Shown: positions 33,337 to 45,954 of the stretch, in pieces
Numbering within the stretch: position 1 is the first letter of the stretch
How the letters are laid out: the number at the start of each line of letters is the position of its first letter
Assembly: GCF_035594765.1 (NCBI RefSeq)
Contig: NC_085841.1
Location: 18,893,636-18,957,635, forward strand
Length of the DNA stretch: 64,000 nucleotides
Direction: 5' to 3'
Origin: Anolis carolinensis
Lineage: Eukaryota
Program-made: the position numbers and the translations under genes
Notes under the pieces: model-generated
Seen by the model: the letters and a program-made list of their open reading frames with translations, nothing else
Told to the model about the DNA's origin: nothing
Database searches by the model: none

Positions 33337-36300
33337 GTAGGTTTAAATTAGTGCCATAATCCGCTTTCCATGCTATTCCTAATTTGCTTTTTCACTGCTG
33401 CATTGTTGATGTATTTCAAATTATAGAAGTTTTCAAACTCTTTATTTCATAGGTTTAAACCAGGCATGGGCAAACTTGGGCCCTCCAGGCGTTTTGGACT
33501 TTAACTCCCACAAATCCTAACAGCCTTGGGCCCTTTCCTTTCCCCCCTCAGCTGCTTAAGCAGCCAATTAAAAAATTACATTTATAACCCTGAAACAAAA
33601 ATCATGTTATTTAGTGTTATTACAAAGGGCTATCACTTCACGTGTTTCATAGAAAATCTGCTACAAAACAGGAGCTTTTTTGTTGAGTTCCAGGGTCAGA
33701 GAAGCAGATAGCGAAGACAGAAGAACGGCCTGCCTCAGGGGAGCGTGCTTGCTCCATCAGTGTTCAACATTCACACAAATAACTAGCCACTGCCAGAAGG
33801 GACAGAGAGTTTCATCTATGCTGACGATTGTGCCATCACTGCTCAGGGAGTTTTGAAATGGTTGAACAGAAGCTTTCCGAAGCTTTAGGTGCTCTTACTG
33901 CCTATTACAGGGAAAACCAGCTGATCCCTAACCCATCTAAAATAATAGATGTGTGCTTTTCACTTTAAGAACAGACAAGCATCTCGAATTCTGAGGATTA
34001 CCTGGGAAGGAATCCAACTGGAGCATTGCACCATATGCACAATGGAGGCTCTTCTCACAGCAACACCAGAGACACTCCAAGTGGACAGCTTCTAGTCAAA
34101 GGAAATTTAGTATACTGTAATGACAAGTTTTTAACTTTGTATTTTTAAATACATTTGCAACTGTATCCTCCATTCACTTCTGACACGATAAATAAAATAG
34201 TGTTATCGGTCTGCTGTGTCTGAAGGGAAGTAAGAACACCATCAGGGAAGTGGACAGGTTCTTGTTTCCTACTTGGCTTTTTGGCTGTTTCTTATATGAG
34301 GCTTGCACGTACGCTGGATTCTGTGCTGTTATTGTGAAGCCACAACTTACGAATAATTAACTCTGTTCCCCAAACTGCCAGAGCCCAGTTTGCACGCAAA
34401 CATATCCTCATATGGGGGGATATGAGGGGGCCGGGCTGTGGCGCAGGCTGTTGAGCAGCTGCTGCAATAAATCACTCTGACCATGAGGTCATGAGTTCGA
34501 GGCCAGCCCGTGGCGGGGTGAGCACCCGTCAATTAAAAACAAAATATAGCCACTGCTCGTTGCTGATCTAGCAACCCGAAAGATAGTTGCATCTATCAAG
34601 TAGGAAATAAGGTACCACTTATAAAAAGTGGGGAGGCAAATTTAACTAATTTACGACGTTGGAATGAGGAAGTGAGGAAGTGCCATCAGAGTGGGTGATG
34701 AAGCAGCTGCTCCCCCCTGTGGCCAGAATCGAACATCCCCTCAGGAGAAGGTTAACTTGCCTCTGCGTCTGTCTGTCTGTCTCTGTCTCGATTCGATGTG
34801 TTTATGGGCATTGAATGTTTGCCCTGTATGTATATAATGTGATCCGCCCTGAGTCCCCTTCGGGGTGAGAAGGGCGGAATATAAATACTGTAAACAAATA
34901 AATAAATAAATCATACAAACATAATGAGGGGAGTTAGCATCAGTAACCCAGTCCCCAATCCTAAGAAGTGTCAGAACTAGAACCAGGAACTTCTGTTTTC
35001 TCCTCTGTGTTGTGAAAGCTCAGCCCAGTGCAGAACATTACATAATGCTGCCCACCATACTTCTATCTAATGTGTGTATGTCTCTTCAAATTGCCTGTCG
35101 GCTTATGGTGGCCCCATTAATTTTATAGGGTTTTCTTTGTCAAGGGATATTTGAATGTAGTTTGCCATTTATTTCCTTTGAAATATAGTCTACGGCACTT
35201 GGCATTTGTTGGTGGACTCCTCTCTGGGGACTAATCATGTCAGACCCTGCTTCGTTTCCAAGAGGCTAAAATGGCTAAAACCTTTTTATACAGGCAGGTT
35301 TGAAAGAATAAGGTTTTTACGATAAAGTAAAGGAGTGCTGTGGTTTTAGCTTTGAATAAGTTTTAATCTATTTTATGGATTTTAACGGTTACTTTTTAAT
35401 TAATATTACTGATGTTCTATTTTAATATTTGTGTATTTTTGGATTTTAAATTGTATTGAAATGCTTTTAACATGAATAAAGGAGGAGGATCTAGTACAGG
35501 CATGGGCAAACTTCAGCCCTCCCGGTGTTTTGGACTTCAACTCCCACAATTCCTAACAGTCTACTGGCTGTTAGGAATTGTGGGAGTTGAAGTCCAAAAC
35601 ACCTGGAGGGCCTAGGTTTGCCCATGCTGATCTAGCTTTGAATTCTACCTCATGCCACCTAGCAATGCTTTCCATGCTGGAAAAGACTAACTTGGTTTCC
35701 TCCTCAGATTATGGCTTTGTCTGGAAAGAAACCCTACCGACTAAGGGTGGGAGCCTCTTTCATCCAGAAGGTCAAATTGAGTTCCAGATTATGTATTTCT
35801 TTGTTGTTTTTATATCCCAACCTTTTGTCAAAAGGTTCCCCAGAGCATCCTTCAAATTGTCATTTTGACATTTCACTGTCCTCGGCATACAGTCTAAATA
35901 CGACATGACATACATAATCATAGGCTAGAACTCATGGCCGAGTATGATTGCCTTCCAAGTATCTTGTCATTGGCTCCGTAGGTGACTTTAGAGACCTATT
36001 CTTGATCCGCATGTTCTTCCGCAGTGAGGACATTGGTTTCCAGATGGAAAGTGGTCCCAACAAGGGTTAGCTTGACGCGCCTTCCTCCTGACACGTTTCT
36101 CCCTTTCACCCTCTATTTGTGCCTCTTCGAATTCCACCACAGAATTGTTGGTAACAGCTGACCTCCAGTGAGAACGCTATGAGGTCCAGGGCTTCCCAGT
36201 TCTCGGTATCTACTGCCGTTTTTAAGCTTAAATTGACATACAAGTCAAAAGGGGAAAGTAGTGAGGATGGGGCTCAACTTCAACAAATGTTGCCTCTTTT

Positions 36301-39300
36301 CTCTCTCAGAGGCAGTCAGGAGGACCTAGGCACGATGGACCTTGGTGTGTTGGATCTGCTCCTCACTCCCTCCAAGGCCAGGGGAGTGGCAGTTCGGATG
36401 GAGGAAGGACCTTTCATATCCTTCTGCTCCTAGTTGTGATAGAGCTGATCCTACTCTTCTTCTGTCCCGCCAGGGCAATGGCAGTTGGGATTGAGGGAGG
36501 GCTTTTAATATGTTACTGGATCACCTGAGTGTGATGGAACAGTGCGTTCTTCTTCTTCTCTTCCTCTAAGGCAGTGGTTCTCAACCTTTGGGTCCCCAGG
36601 TGTTTTGGCCTACAACTCCCAGAAACTCCAGCCAGTTTACCAGCCGTTAGGATTTCTGGGAATTGAAGGCCAAACCATCTGGGGGATATACAAGTTGAGA
36701 ACCACTTCTCCAAGGCCAGTCAAGAAGGAGAGAGGCCGTTTCATCTGCTTCTGGACCTAGGCAAGATGGAGCTATGCCTTTCTCTTCTTCTGTCCCTTCA
36801 AGGTCAGGGTAGTGGCAGTTGGGTTGGAGGTGGCCATATTCCTGACCCTGGGCCTGAGCATGAAGGAGCTGTGCCTGCCTGTTCTTCTCTTCCTCAATCA
36901 ATGGCAGCTAGAATGGAGAGGGGTCCTTTCTACAGTCCTAGGTCAGGCATGGTGGATTTCGGGTCTGTGTGTATGGATCCCAGTGTTGTATGAGGGAAAG
37001 ACATATTATTCTATAGTTTGAGGATTCCTTATCTGAAATGCTTGGGGTCAGATGTGTTTTGGATATCAGGCTTTGGGGTTTTTCTTTTTGCACTTTGGAA
37101 TGCCTGCATATACATGCATAATGAGATATTTTGCAGATGGTACCCAAGTCTAAACATGAAATTCATTTGTGTTTCATATACACTTTATACACATAACCTG
37201 AAGGTAATTTTATAGATAATAATGTTGTGTATGCCATCATGTTTGTGTATGTTGAACCATCAGAAGGCACATATAGTTTTGAGTATTGGAATATTTTGGA
37301 CTAAAGGATTCCAGATAATGGTTGCTCATCCCGTCTTTCCTAAATTAATAAAAGGACAAATATACATACTGTATCTTTCTAGTTGTTGTAAATTGTGGTA
37401 CTGAGTTGTGTTAACATATCTTAGAGATCAGATCTGCATCATTGTTAACAATACGTGAAGAAATGTTGTGGGAGCAACATTATTTAAATCAGTAGTATTC
37501 AATCAGGCTTTTCCCTTGCTGATTGAAATCATAATCTGAATTTACATCAAAATTTTAAATAGCTATGATTTGATCATTCTACTTTTTTTGGAAAGTAATT
37601 AACTGGCAATGCACTCTCCCTGTTGGTATTTGATACTATTTTCAGGGTACATCCAAAAGAACCCCTATTTTGGAGCCGTTGTTGGACGGGTTGCTAACAG
37701 AATTGCCAAAGGAAAGTTTGTGGTTGAAGGACGGGAGTATCACTTGGCTCTCAACAATGGACCCAACAGTCTGCATGGGGGTATAAAAGGCTTTGACAAG
37801 GTAAACATGCCAGTGTTCAATAATGTCACTATTTATTTAAATCAGTAGTCATTTCTTGGTTGTTTATTTTTCTGTGTGTCTTGTCTGGTAGCATATTCAA
37901 GCAAGATCTGTCTTCATTAGTTCTTCAAACTGTCAGATCTTAATGAGATATGGTGCACTATATATAAAACCAGCTTGTAGACAGTTTACAACAAAGCAAG
38001 TAAATGTCTGAGAGGTAAAATAATCTCAATATATACGATTCAGAGCAAGTGGTTTTTGACTCCCACCTCGATGTCTTGGTCCTCAGTTTCATTTTGGCTG
38101 GAGCTTCTGATAGTTAAAGTCTAAAGCATCCATTGAAAACCACTAATCAAAAACCTTGTTATATCTAAATCCCTAGGACATCACACTCCATATTCAGAAC
38201 TTATTTACATATATTTAGATAAAATATTATTACATTGTCCAAATGATAAATTCAGGTGAACATATACACATATAACATACCAATAGAATGAACCCACTCC
38301 CAAAAAAGCCCTGTTATTAAACATTTTAAGCTTCATTTCTTTTGTGAGGCCTTTGAAGGAGAACCTCTTTGCCCATGTTAAAGGACAGTTGGGATAATGC
38401 TTTGAGGATAGAAAAGGCATTCCCAAAATATTCAGGCAATTTGTAGCATGTTTTAGTGTAGCAATAGAGCAAAACTAGTATTTTGAATTGCAATTTTCTC
38501 GTACTAAATATATTTGTAGAGAGGTGATAACATTTTTAGAGAATTTCACTGGTGGGACAACTTGAGGTTTCTAAAAACATCTTCTGAAGGCTTTCTTTGA
38601 TGGGAGAAGCTAGTTTGGGCTTCTGCTGGACTACAAGCTAAGCATCAGACAGAATATGCTTCTAAACCAAATGGCCATATTGTCTTTTTCTATAAATATA
38701 GCTAGCCGATATGACTGTGTGCATGCATGCGTACTTACTGCAGCATAATTAACATCTGGCAATTTTGTTGTTTTTTGGAACAAGTCTGCCCCCTTCCTAC
38801 CATTTTGATTAATTTTTTTTGCTCTGTTAATTTTAGTTGTAATCATATTTTTCATATATTTACAAACAAATGTTATGGTGTGTGTTACACAAAACTTAAA
38901 TTGTGAAATAAATTACTTATAATTCCGTGAGGTAGTTATACTTTGGCCAGATCATGAGAAGACATGATTAAATAGAAAAGGTAGAAGGCACAAGAGAAGA
39001 GGAAGGCCACATTCAGCCAAGGAAACCATGGCTCTGAGTCTGCAAAGTTGGCTTGATGGCAGTTAACAATCTCTCCCTTTGATCAGAATCAAAAATATTC
39101 CATCTTTGGTGGAGCATCACTGATCTCATTAAGTGTAGTCTCTTCTCTGACACATATTTTCATGAATAACACATGAGAGGGACTTTTGAGGGGCACCTGC
39201 ACCTACTTTAGGCTGAGATGAAACCAATCTTCAACTGTTCTAGGCTGGGTTCAAAGTCTTCAATTTCATGAAGTTCCTTATTTTCTAACCCTCAATGGTC

Positions 39301-42300
39301 ACCTTTTTTTCAGTGGTACATTTTTAGTTCATCACAAGTAGAGAAAAGGAGCTAGGGATCCAAGTTAAGAAACCAAGAGATAAGTGAGTTGTGTTGTTCT
39401 AATAATATAGAACAGAAGAAGCAAGGCATGCTAAACTGATTACTATTGAGTATGCGCTTCATGGAAAGTTGCCCAGATTCCCTTTTTCTTTAAAATATTT
39501 AATCCCAGGAGTGGTCTTTGATTCTAACATGCAGAGTTAGAGCACACATGTCTTTGAGGTATGTCGATCTACTCTAGCCAACGAGGACAATTCCATCCCA
39601 GATCACCAATGCTTGTTAATTGTGTTGCAGGCTGTCTGGACTCCAGAAGTACTTCCAGAAGGTGTAAGGTTTTTCAGAATAAGTCCCGATGGTGAAGAGG
39701 GATACCCCGGTGAACTGAAAGTGTGGGTGACGTATACCCTGAAGAATGCTGAACTAACAATACATTATAGAGCTCAAAGCAGTAAGACCACACCAGTCAA
39801 TCTGACCAACCATTCATACTTCAATCTTGCAGGTCAGGTATGCATCGGATATAGAGTTCATAAGTAAAGAGTAATAAAGCAACATAGTTACCTCTAACAA
39901 ATTACAATTTAAATGAAGTGTGTCAATGAGAGGCAAGGTGTGTGTTTGCTGAGGCAAGTCACAGGGAGAGGATGGGGCCAGAGGTTTTAGAAACCCTGGC
40001 TGCCCTCTGGCCCTTTCTGCTCTTTTGAAGGCTGGATTGGCAGGAGTGCTGCTTCTTTCACAGGATCCCTGGCCATGATTTGCGTGGATCCTTATTGCCT
40101 GGTTTGTTGTGGTTGTAGGATTGGCACAGGGATAAAGGGGAGCTGTTGAATTTGGCAGCACTGCAGGAGGGAAGCAGGTTGCTATTCTTGACCTAGACAT
40201 TTTTCTCCTTGCTCCTCCTCCTTCCCTGCCCTAGTGGATAATATGCCTTTGCCTCTCAGGCATTTAACTTACAATTTCTGCCTGTGGGGATTTTGGAAAG
40301 AATTTCCCAGCAGAGCATACCGTGTCTACAAATGTCACTCATCTTCTGGAACAATTCCATCAGTGTTGTTTTCAAAAAATCTTGCAAATCTCTTGGGATG
40401 ACAGGCAGATAAATGTCAGCTTTCTGGAAGAAGCCAAGACCATCAGCATTTAAGTGAAGATCTTCCACCATCAACTTTGCTGGACCAGCCACATTGTCTG
40501 AATGCCCAATCAGTCTTCCAAATCAGTGGACAGCAAGATTTAAAGATGGTCTTAAAGCTAACCTTAAAAATGTAGAATAAACACAGAATTGGGAAGCTCA
40601 GGCTCCCAAGCACTGAAACTGAATGTCAGATATTAATCAATGACAACATGGATTTTAAAGAGGCATGAATAGGGAGAAATGTGCCAAAAAAGGCGTGTCA
40701 AACAAACCCTGGTCGTGTCCAACTTCCATCTGGAAATCTATGTCCTTATTGTGAAAGACCATGCAAATCCAGAATAGTTCTCTACAGTCACTTACAGACT
40801 CACAATCATACTCAACCGTGAGGAGAGATCGTCTATGATGATAACTGCAGGGGTGGGCAATGTCTGGTCCACGGGCCACATAAGGCTCATGAGATAGTTT
40901 GGTCTGGTCCAGTGCAGGGAAGGATGTCTGCCCCAGTCCACCAACTTAACTTTGTTCCTGTTGCTCCTGAGCTGCCACACTGATTCTTCTGTGGGATGGG
41001 TGCTGCTTACTATTCAGACTCAAGCCACTTCTGGGTTCCTCTCCTTGCGCAGACGCGTTCTGCTTCTTCTGTTTGTTTTTGTTGGCTGAGTGGAAGCTGA
41101 TAAACTTGTGCACTCGGGCAGCTGTCTGTGCCACACAGCCTTTGGAAACTTTAACTTAATTTTAACATATAATTTTATAATTATTTATAATACATATATA
41201 CATACAGGTATGACCCATGAAGGTCCGCATAGTGAAAGCAATGGTATTCCCCATAGTAACCTATGGCAGCGAGAGCTGAACCATGAGGAAGGCTGAGCGA
41301 AGGAAGATAGATGCTTTTGAACTTTGGTGCTGGAGGAAAATCCTGAGAGTGCCTTGGACCACAAGAAGATCCAACCAGTCCATCCTCTAGGAAATAATGC
41401 CCAACTGCTCTCTGGAGGGAAGGATACTAGAGGCAAAGCTGAAGTATTTTGGCCACATCATGAGAAGACGGGAAAACTCAGAAAAGATCACGATGCTGGG
41501 GAAAATGGAAGGAAAAAGAGAGGCCGACCAAGGGCAAGATGGATGGGCGGTATCCTTGAAGTGACTGGCTCGACCTTGAAGGAACTGGGGGCAGCGATGG
41601 CCGACAGGGAGCTCTGGCGTGGACTGGTCCATGAGGTCACAGAGTCGAAAACGACTGAACGAGTAAAGAATGACCCATGAATATTATACATATCCAAAAT
41701 GGCCCTTAGCAGAAAAAAGTTCCCCACCCCTGAAGTAGATGTACTATCTCTGTAGGTGAGGGGATGTGGAGCCTGAACTCAAGTCTACAGAATTTGAAAA
41801 AGGTATCCTTAGATTGCACAGGGTCCAAGCCATTTGATCTTCAAAAGAACATCCTGAGTTGAGCTTTGGAAAAAGCTATTAAACTTTATACAGATGCCTC
41901 TTTTGAAAACCATTAAGTGAACCAAACAGAAGCTTCTTGGTTGCTTATGTGTAATGGCAGTTGAAAAATTGAATATGTTGTGCCCTTTCTATCCTTTCAA
42001 CTCACTGATGGGTTTCATAATTTCATTGAGCCTAGAACTGAGGTGGGAATGGTGTATTCTACAGGCACACATGACGGCTCTTAGTGTGGCTCCTAGGCTC
42101 CAGTGGTTCTTCCCATATGGAAAGAAATGGGAAACCCCAAGAATAGCCAATCATGTTACCATACTCTCCATCTCACCTCTGCTGGACCTGTAGTAGTATT
42201 TTTTCAAAAACTAGGAAAGACATTCTAGTCACTTTCCGTTGTGGCTGGCCAATGTTTGGTTTAATTACACCCCATATTCCTGTTCTAGATCCACCCCTGC

Positions 42301-44647
42301 TCTAGACCCACTCTAGATGACAATCTAAATTAGTTTTGAGCTTGAAACACCTTTGCCTTGATTCACTGCTGCAATTGGCAAAAAACAAAAACAAATTAAG
42401 TATACAAGTAATCTATATTTTCATCTTCCTGTCTGATCTTACATTTCTTTTTTATATATTTCAGGGGTCACAGAGTATCTATGACCATGAATTTACCATA
42501 GATGCAGATTCTTACCTGCCAGTAGATGAAACTCAGATCCCCACAGGTTGGTTTAAGATTGACACTTCATGATCTGGAGAGCTAGAGGTTTATTCTAATG
42601 AGCTTCTGTAAGCAATGGTAGAAAAATAGGCTCAGCATAGGATGCTTATCCTGAGCTCAATGCTATTCAGTCAGCAAAACAAAGAATAACCTCTGAAGTT
42701 TCGTAAAGCAATTGCACCAAATTTATAATGCTATTTTTAAATCAATGCAACAAGGCTAACATTATACTGAGTAAAGACAATAAATTACTTTTTAAAGGTC
42801 ACTTTCCAAGGACTGTACTGATGCCAGTGAGAAATGAATTACAAAACTGGCAGTAAACTTACTTTCTGTTGCTTATGCAGAATCCCAAAGATGAACATAC
42901 CGATATGTATTACGGCATGAGCATTCAGAAATTATGTTAGCTGCATTGAGCCAATACAGACAAATCTTACAAATAATATAAGTGTTTTAAGGGACATTAT
43001 TAGGTGCTTGTTTCCCCTGATGTCCAGCAGACTTTCCCTTTAAAAAGTAGATGCAATTAACATTTGTTTTTCTTCATTGATTCTAAATTAGCCGCTCCTG
43101 AACCATATTTTAATTTATTCATTAACTATTGGATTTGGTAATGCTGACAATACTTAGGTAGTCATTTGTTATTGTTGTGTTCTGATCTCTTCACCAGGAG
43201 AAGTTGCTTCTGTGGAGGGCACAGCCTTTGATCTGAGAAAACCAGTGGAGCTTGGGAGACATTTGCAGAAGTTTCACCTCAGTGGGTTTGACCACAATTT
43301 TTGTCTGAAACAGACGAAAAAGCCTCGCTTCTGTGCAAGGTAAAAATAGCAATAGTGTCTGATGGATTCTCCTCCAACATAGTATGATTCTAAATGAGCT
43401 ATCAGTTGTTTAATGCTTTATTTCGTGTCAAAAGCATTGCATAATAAATAAGTTTAAAAGTGATAAAATAAAGGAATCACAAACAGCTAAATCGTTTTGG
43501 ACCAAAAGCGGGCAACACAATGCTAAACACAAAATAGGTTCAGCACCTTGGATACTTTAAAGCTTCACCAGCAACTGGAATCCACCAGCTTCGTTTTCTA
43601 CATAGGGTCAATCTGAATCAGCCCATATCCTTTTATTTCATTTTATTTATACCACTCTTCATAAAATATGCTATCGTGACTTACAACATCAGAAAACAAT
43701 AATTAAAAATGAGGAATATTTAATTGCCACTAGATAGAAAAAGGAGCATGATAATAATAAAAAAATTATATCCCACCCTATCTCCAAGAGGGGACTCATA
43801 GTATGTGCCAATTAAGATTCCCAAAGTCCAAATGGGATAATTTTATTTCTGCAGAAATCCGGCTGGAATGAGATGGTATGAATCTCCCTTACAGTTCAGC
43901 AAATACATATAGGATTGCGCCACCAGAGGCAAATGTAGTTAAGGGTATGGATTTAAGTGATTTTTTAAAGTTACCAATTACTCAGTAACCCTTTCAAGAG
44001 TAGAACACAGTTACCGTTTCTCATATAACAGAATAATACGTTCTAAAGAATAACTTTTTTAAAAGTCAGTCTGCAACCTTGAGTTTTTATTAACAGTGGC
44101 TTTCTTTTCAGAGCTTACCATCCCTCTAGTGGCAGGATGATAGAAGTTTACACAACTCAGCCTGGCATTCAGTTTTACACTGGAAATTCCTTAGACGGCA
44201 CCTTAAAGGGCAAAGGAGGCCATGTATATCCTAAGCATTCCGGTTTCTGTCTTGAAACTCAGAACTGGCCAGATGCGGTGAATCAGGTATGTTGTTATTT
44301 TGATTTTAAACCAGCACAGTGCCACACACAATAATATCTGGTCATGCCTTATCTTGGGGTTCAAATCATTATCAGCAAGATAGTACTTTACCTTGAATAA
44401 ACTTAATTTTGAGGATGAGAAAATGGCTTTATCTAAAAAATAGTATGCCCTTCTTACGTTTCTTCCATTTCAACCTTGAAGCGTATTGCTTTGTGCTTGA
44501 TAGACCAATTCTCAGCAACATGCTATTTTTATATGTAGATTTTTTTTAAAGATGCATTTTTCTATTTTACAGGTTCATTTCCCAAATGTTTTGCTGCACC
44601 CAGGAGAGGAATATAGCACCACAACTTCCTTCAAGTTTTCTGCTTAA
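33147..44647 (+). CDS. GALM: Galactose mutarotase (aldose 1-epimerase), 7 coding exons, 341 aa
   Basis: join(33147-33336,37646-37800,39631-39837,42465-42546,43198-43339,44112-44286,44573-44647)=1026 nt. Motifs [35 protein letters not shown]. Confidence 0.97.
33461..33564. mobile_element. Half copy of palindromic MITE family A
   Basis: Left arm only, stopping just past the centre GCTGCTTAAGCAGC. Confidence 0.85.
33590..34197 (+). mobile_element. Vingi/Ingi-like LINE fragment (RT domain, internal deletion, 3' tail)
   Basis: [16 protein letters not shown]...FIYADD; tail CTTCTGACACGATAAATAAA. Confidence 0.8.
34426..34910 (+). mobile_element. Anolis SINE2-type element (full length)
   Basis: tRNA-like head with GAGTTCGAGGC; L2 tail. 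Confidence 0.88.
35072..35262 (-). mobile_element. 5S-derived SINE
   Basis: Reverse complement TCTTGGAAACGAAGCAGGGTCTG...TTAGT; same organisation as 29856. Confidence 0.55.
35497..35629. mobile_element. Palindromic MITE family A
   Basis: TIRs plus near 8-bp TSD ATCTAGTA/ATCTAGCT. Confidence 0.88.
35920..36225 (-). mobile_element. RTE-type LINE 3' fragment
   Basis: Reverse strand gives ...[17 protein letters not shown]...[18 protein letters not shown]. Confidence 0.6.
36572..36706. mobile_element. hAT MITE family B
   Basis: CAGTGGTTCTCAAC...GTTGAGAACCACT. Confidence 0.85.
37014..37335. mobile_element. Tigger-like MITE (degenerate)
   Basis: CCTTATCTGAAATGCTTGGG...TTCCAGATAATGGTTGCTCATCC inverted termini. 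Confidence 0.55.
37646..37800 (+). CDS. GALM: GALM coding exon 2
   Basis: cag|GG...AAG|gtaaac; [13 protein letters not shown]...[11 protein letters not shown]. Confidence 0.96.
39631..39837 (+). CDS. GALM: GALM coding exon 3
   Basis: cag|GCT...CAG|gtatgc; [10 protein letters not shown]...[13 protein letters not shown]. Confidence 0.96.
40380..40835 (+). mobile_element. Old RTE-type LINE 3' fragment
   Basis: Degenerate [12 protein letters not shown] and [11 protein letters not shown] motifs; ends ...CTATGATGAT. Confidence 0.55.
41208..41670 (+). mobile_element. Bov-B (RTE) LINE 3' end
   Basis: [32 protein letters not shown]...[11 protein letters not shown]...RGRPRARW; tail CGACTGAACGA. Confidence 0.9.
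42465..42546 (+). CDS. GALM: GALM coding exon 4
   Basis: cag|GGG...ACAG|gttggt; [27 protein letters not shown]. Confidence 0.95.
43198..43339 (+). CDS. GALM: GALM coding exon 5
   Basis: cag|GA...AG|gtaaaa; [19 protein letters not shown]...GFDHNFCL (absent from the ORF track). Confidence 0.95.
44112..44286 (+). CDS. GALM: GALM coding exon 6
   Basis: cag|A...CAG|gtatgt; [12 protein letters not shown]...[15 protein letters not shown]. Confidence 0.96.
44573..44647 (+). CDS. GALM: GALM coding exon 7
   Basis: cag|GTT; [24 protein letters not shown]. Confidence 0.94.
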   Translation, partial: VHFPNVLLHPGEEYSTTTSFKFSA

Positions 44648-44940
44648 GACAAGTGCAGTAAAAATTGTGTGATCTGCAAGAAGTGATCAAATGACTCCAG
44701 TTGATAACTGTATGGTCAAATGCTTTGATTCTAAAAACTGACAATAGTGTCCAACTGTTAATGAAAATGATGATCCTCTCTACTCACACATTGCCTTTTA
44801 AATAATGTAAATTATCTTGAGAGATCTCTAAGCGGAAAGGCATGGTAGAAGTGTAACATTTAAGCTAATTTTAAGAGGGGTTAGCCCTGTTCTCTAAAAC
44901 CAGATCTGTACACAATTCTGTAGATGTAAATACAAGTAGC

Positions 44941-44988
44941 AATAAACTCATTGTTTACAATTTAACACCAGCAATCAACCTAAATAAA
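44941..44988 (+). terminator. GALM candidate poly(A) signals
   Basis: AATAAA at 44941 and 44983. Confidence 0.55.
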
Positions 44989-45049
44989 AGTTAGAATTGC
45001 TCCTCTGTAATATGAATATTAATGAGGTACAAACTAAATATTCTAAAAG

Positions 45050-45230
45050 CACCAGACCCCACCTTGGAACCTAAAGTCTGATTATTGCTTGGTGGAAGAT
45101 TGCCAATGAATACCAGGTGCTGAAGGTGCTATTTCAGAGGAAGAAACTGGCAAAGCCACACTAGTATTTCTTGCCTAAAACAGTATGAAATTAATGGGAC
45201 CATAATGGCAATATGAAAACACACACACAC
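45050..45230 (+). mobile_element. 5S-derived SINE (degenerate)
   Basis: GAATACCAGGTGCTG (5S 3' part), then GGAAGAAACTGGCAAAGCCAC body and (CA)n tail. Confidence 0.5.
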
Positions 45231-45819
45231 AAATAATTGAATACCTGAATAATGCACCAACATGCTACTGTCATAGTAAAGGTACCCGTCCAATACTCAT
45301 CAGGGCACTAAGTAGTATGCCAGGTGCTGAACAAAGCTGAACATAGGAAGCCCTACCGGGTTTCACATGGGATGTCTCCCAGCATTAAATTGAAATTGTG
45401 CACTGTACGGCAGCTGTTTTTCCTCAGCTGTGTAGAAGTTATTTCAATTGGGGCAATTTCCACAAATGGTAGCTGCTAAAGGTTTCACAGTACAATGCAA
45501 CACTGTGGAGAGCTTGAGTTCCAGCCCAAACCATTCTGGTATTTCTTGTGGGTGTGTTCCCAGTCATTACTGAATTTCAATTTTTTTAATTAACTCTGAA
45601 CATTCTGATGTTCTTGTGAGCTGTCCCTGCAGTGCTTTTTTCGTTACAGATTGAATCTCAGGAAAATAAATCCACCATTTAGGCTAAATTGTTAAAGTGT
45701 GCTAGCGAGCAAATACCTCACATTTGAGTGAAAACACTAATACTAATCCCATACAGGACAAGATCATAAACAGTGTACTTCTATTCTCACCTTCTTCTTT
45801 GGTGTTTAACACTAGCTAG

Positions 45820-45954
45820 TAGTGGTTCTCAACCTATGGGTCCCCAGGCGTTTTGGCCTTCAACTTCCAGAAATCCTAACAGCTGGTAAACTGGCTGGGA
45901 TTTCTGGAAGTTGTAGGCCAAAGCACCTGGGGACCCACAGGTTGAGAACCGCTG
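45820..45954. mobile_element. hAT MITE family B
   Basis: AGTGGTTCTCAACC...GGTTGAGAACCGCTG. Confidence 0.88.

Noticed and set aside
36290-36965. CRISPR-like repeat/spacer array
   Set aside because: Eukaryotic intron; repeats are long and degenerate with no constant repeat plus unique spacers, and no cas genes.
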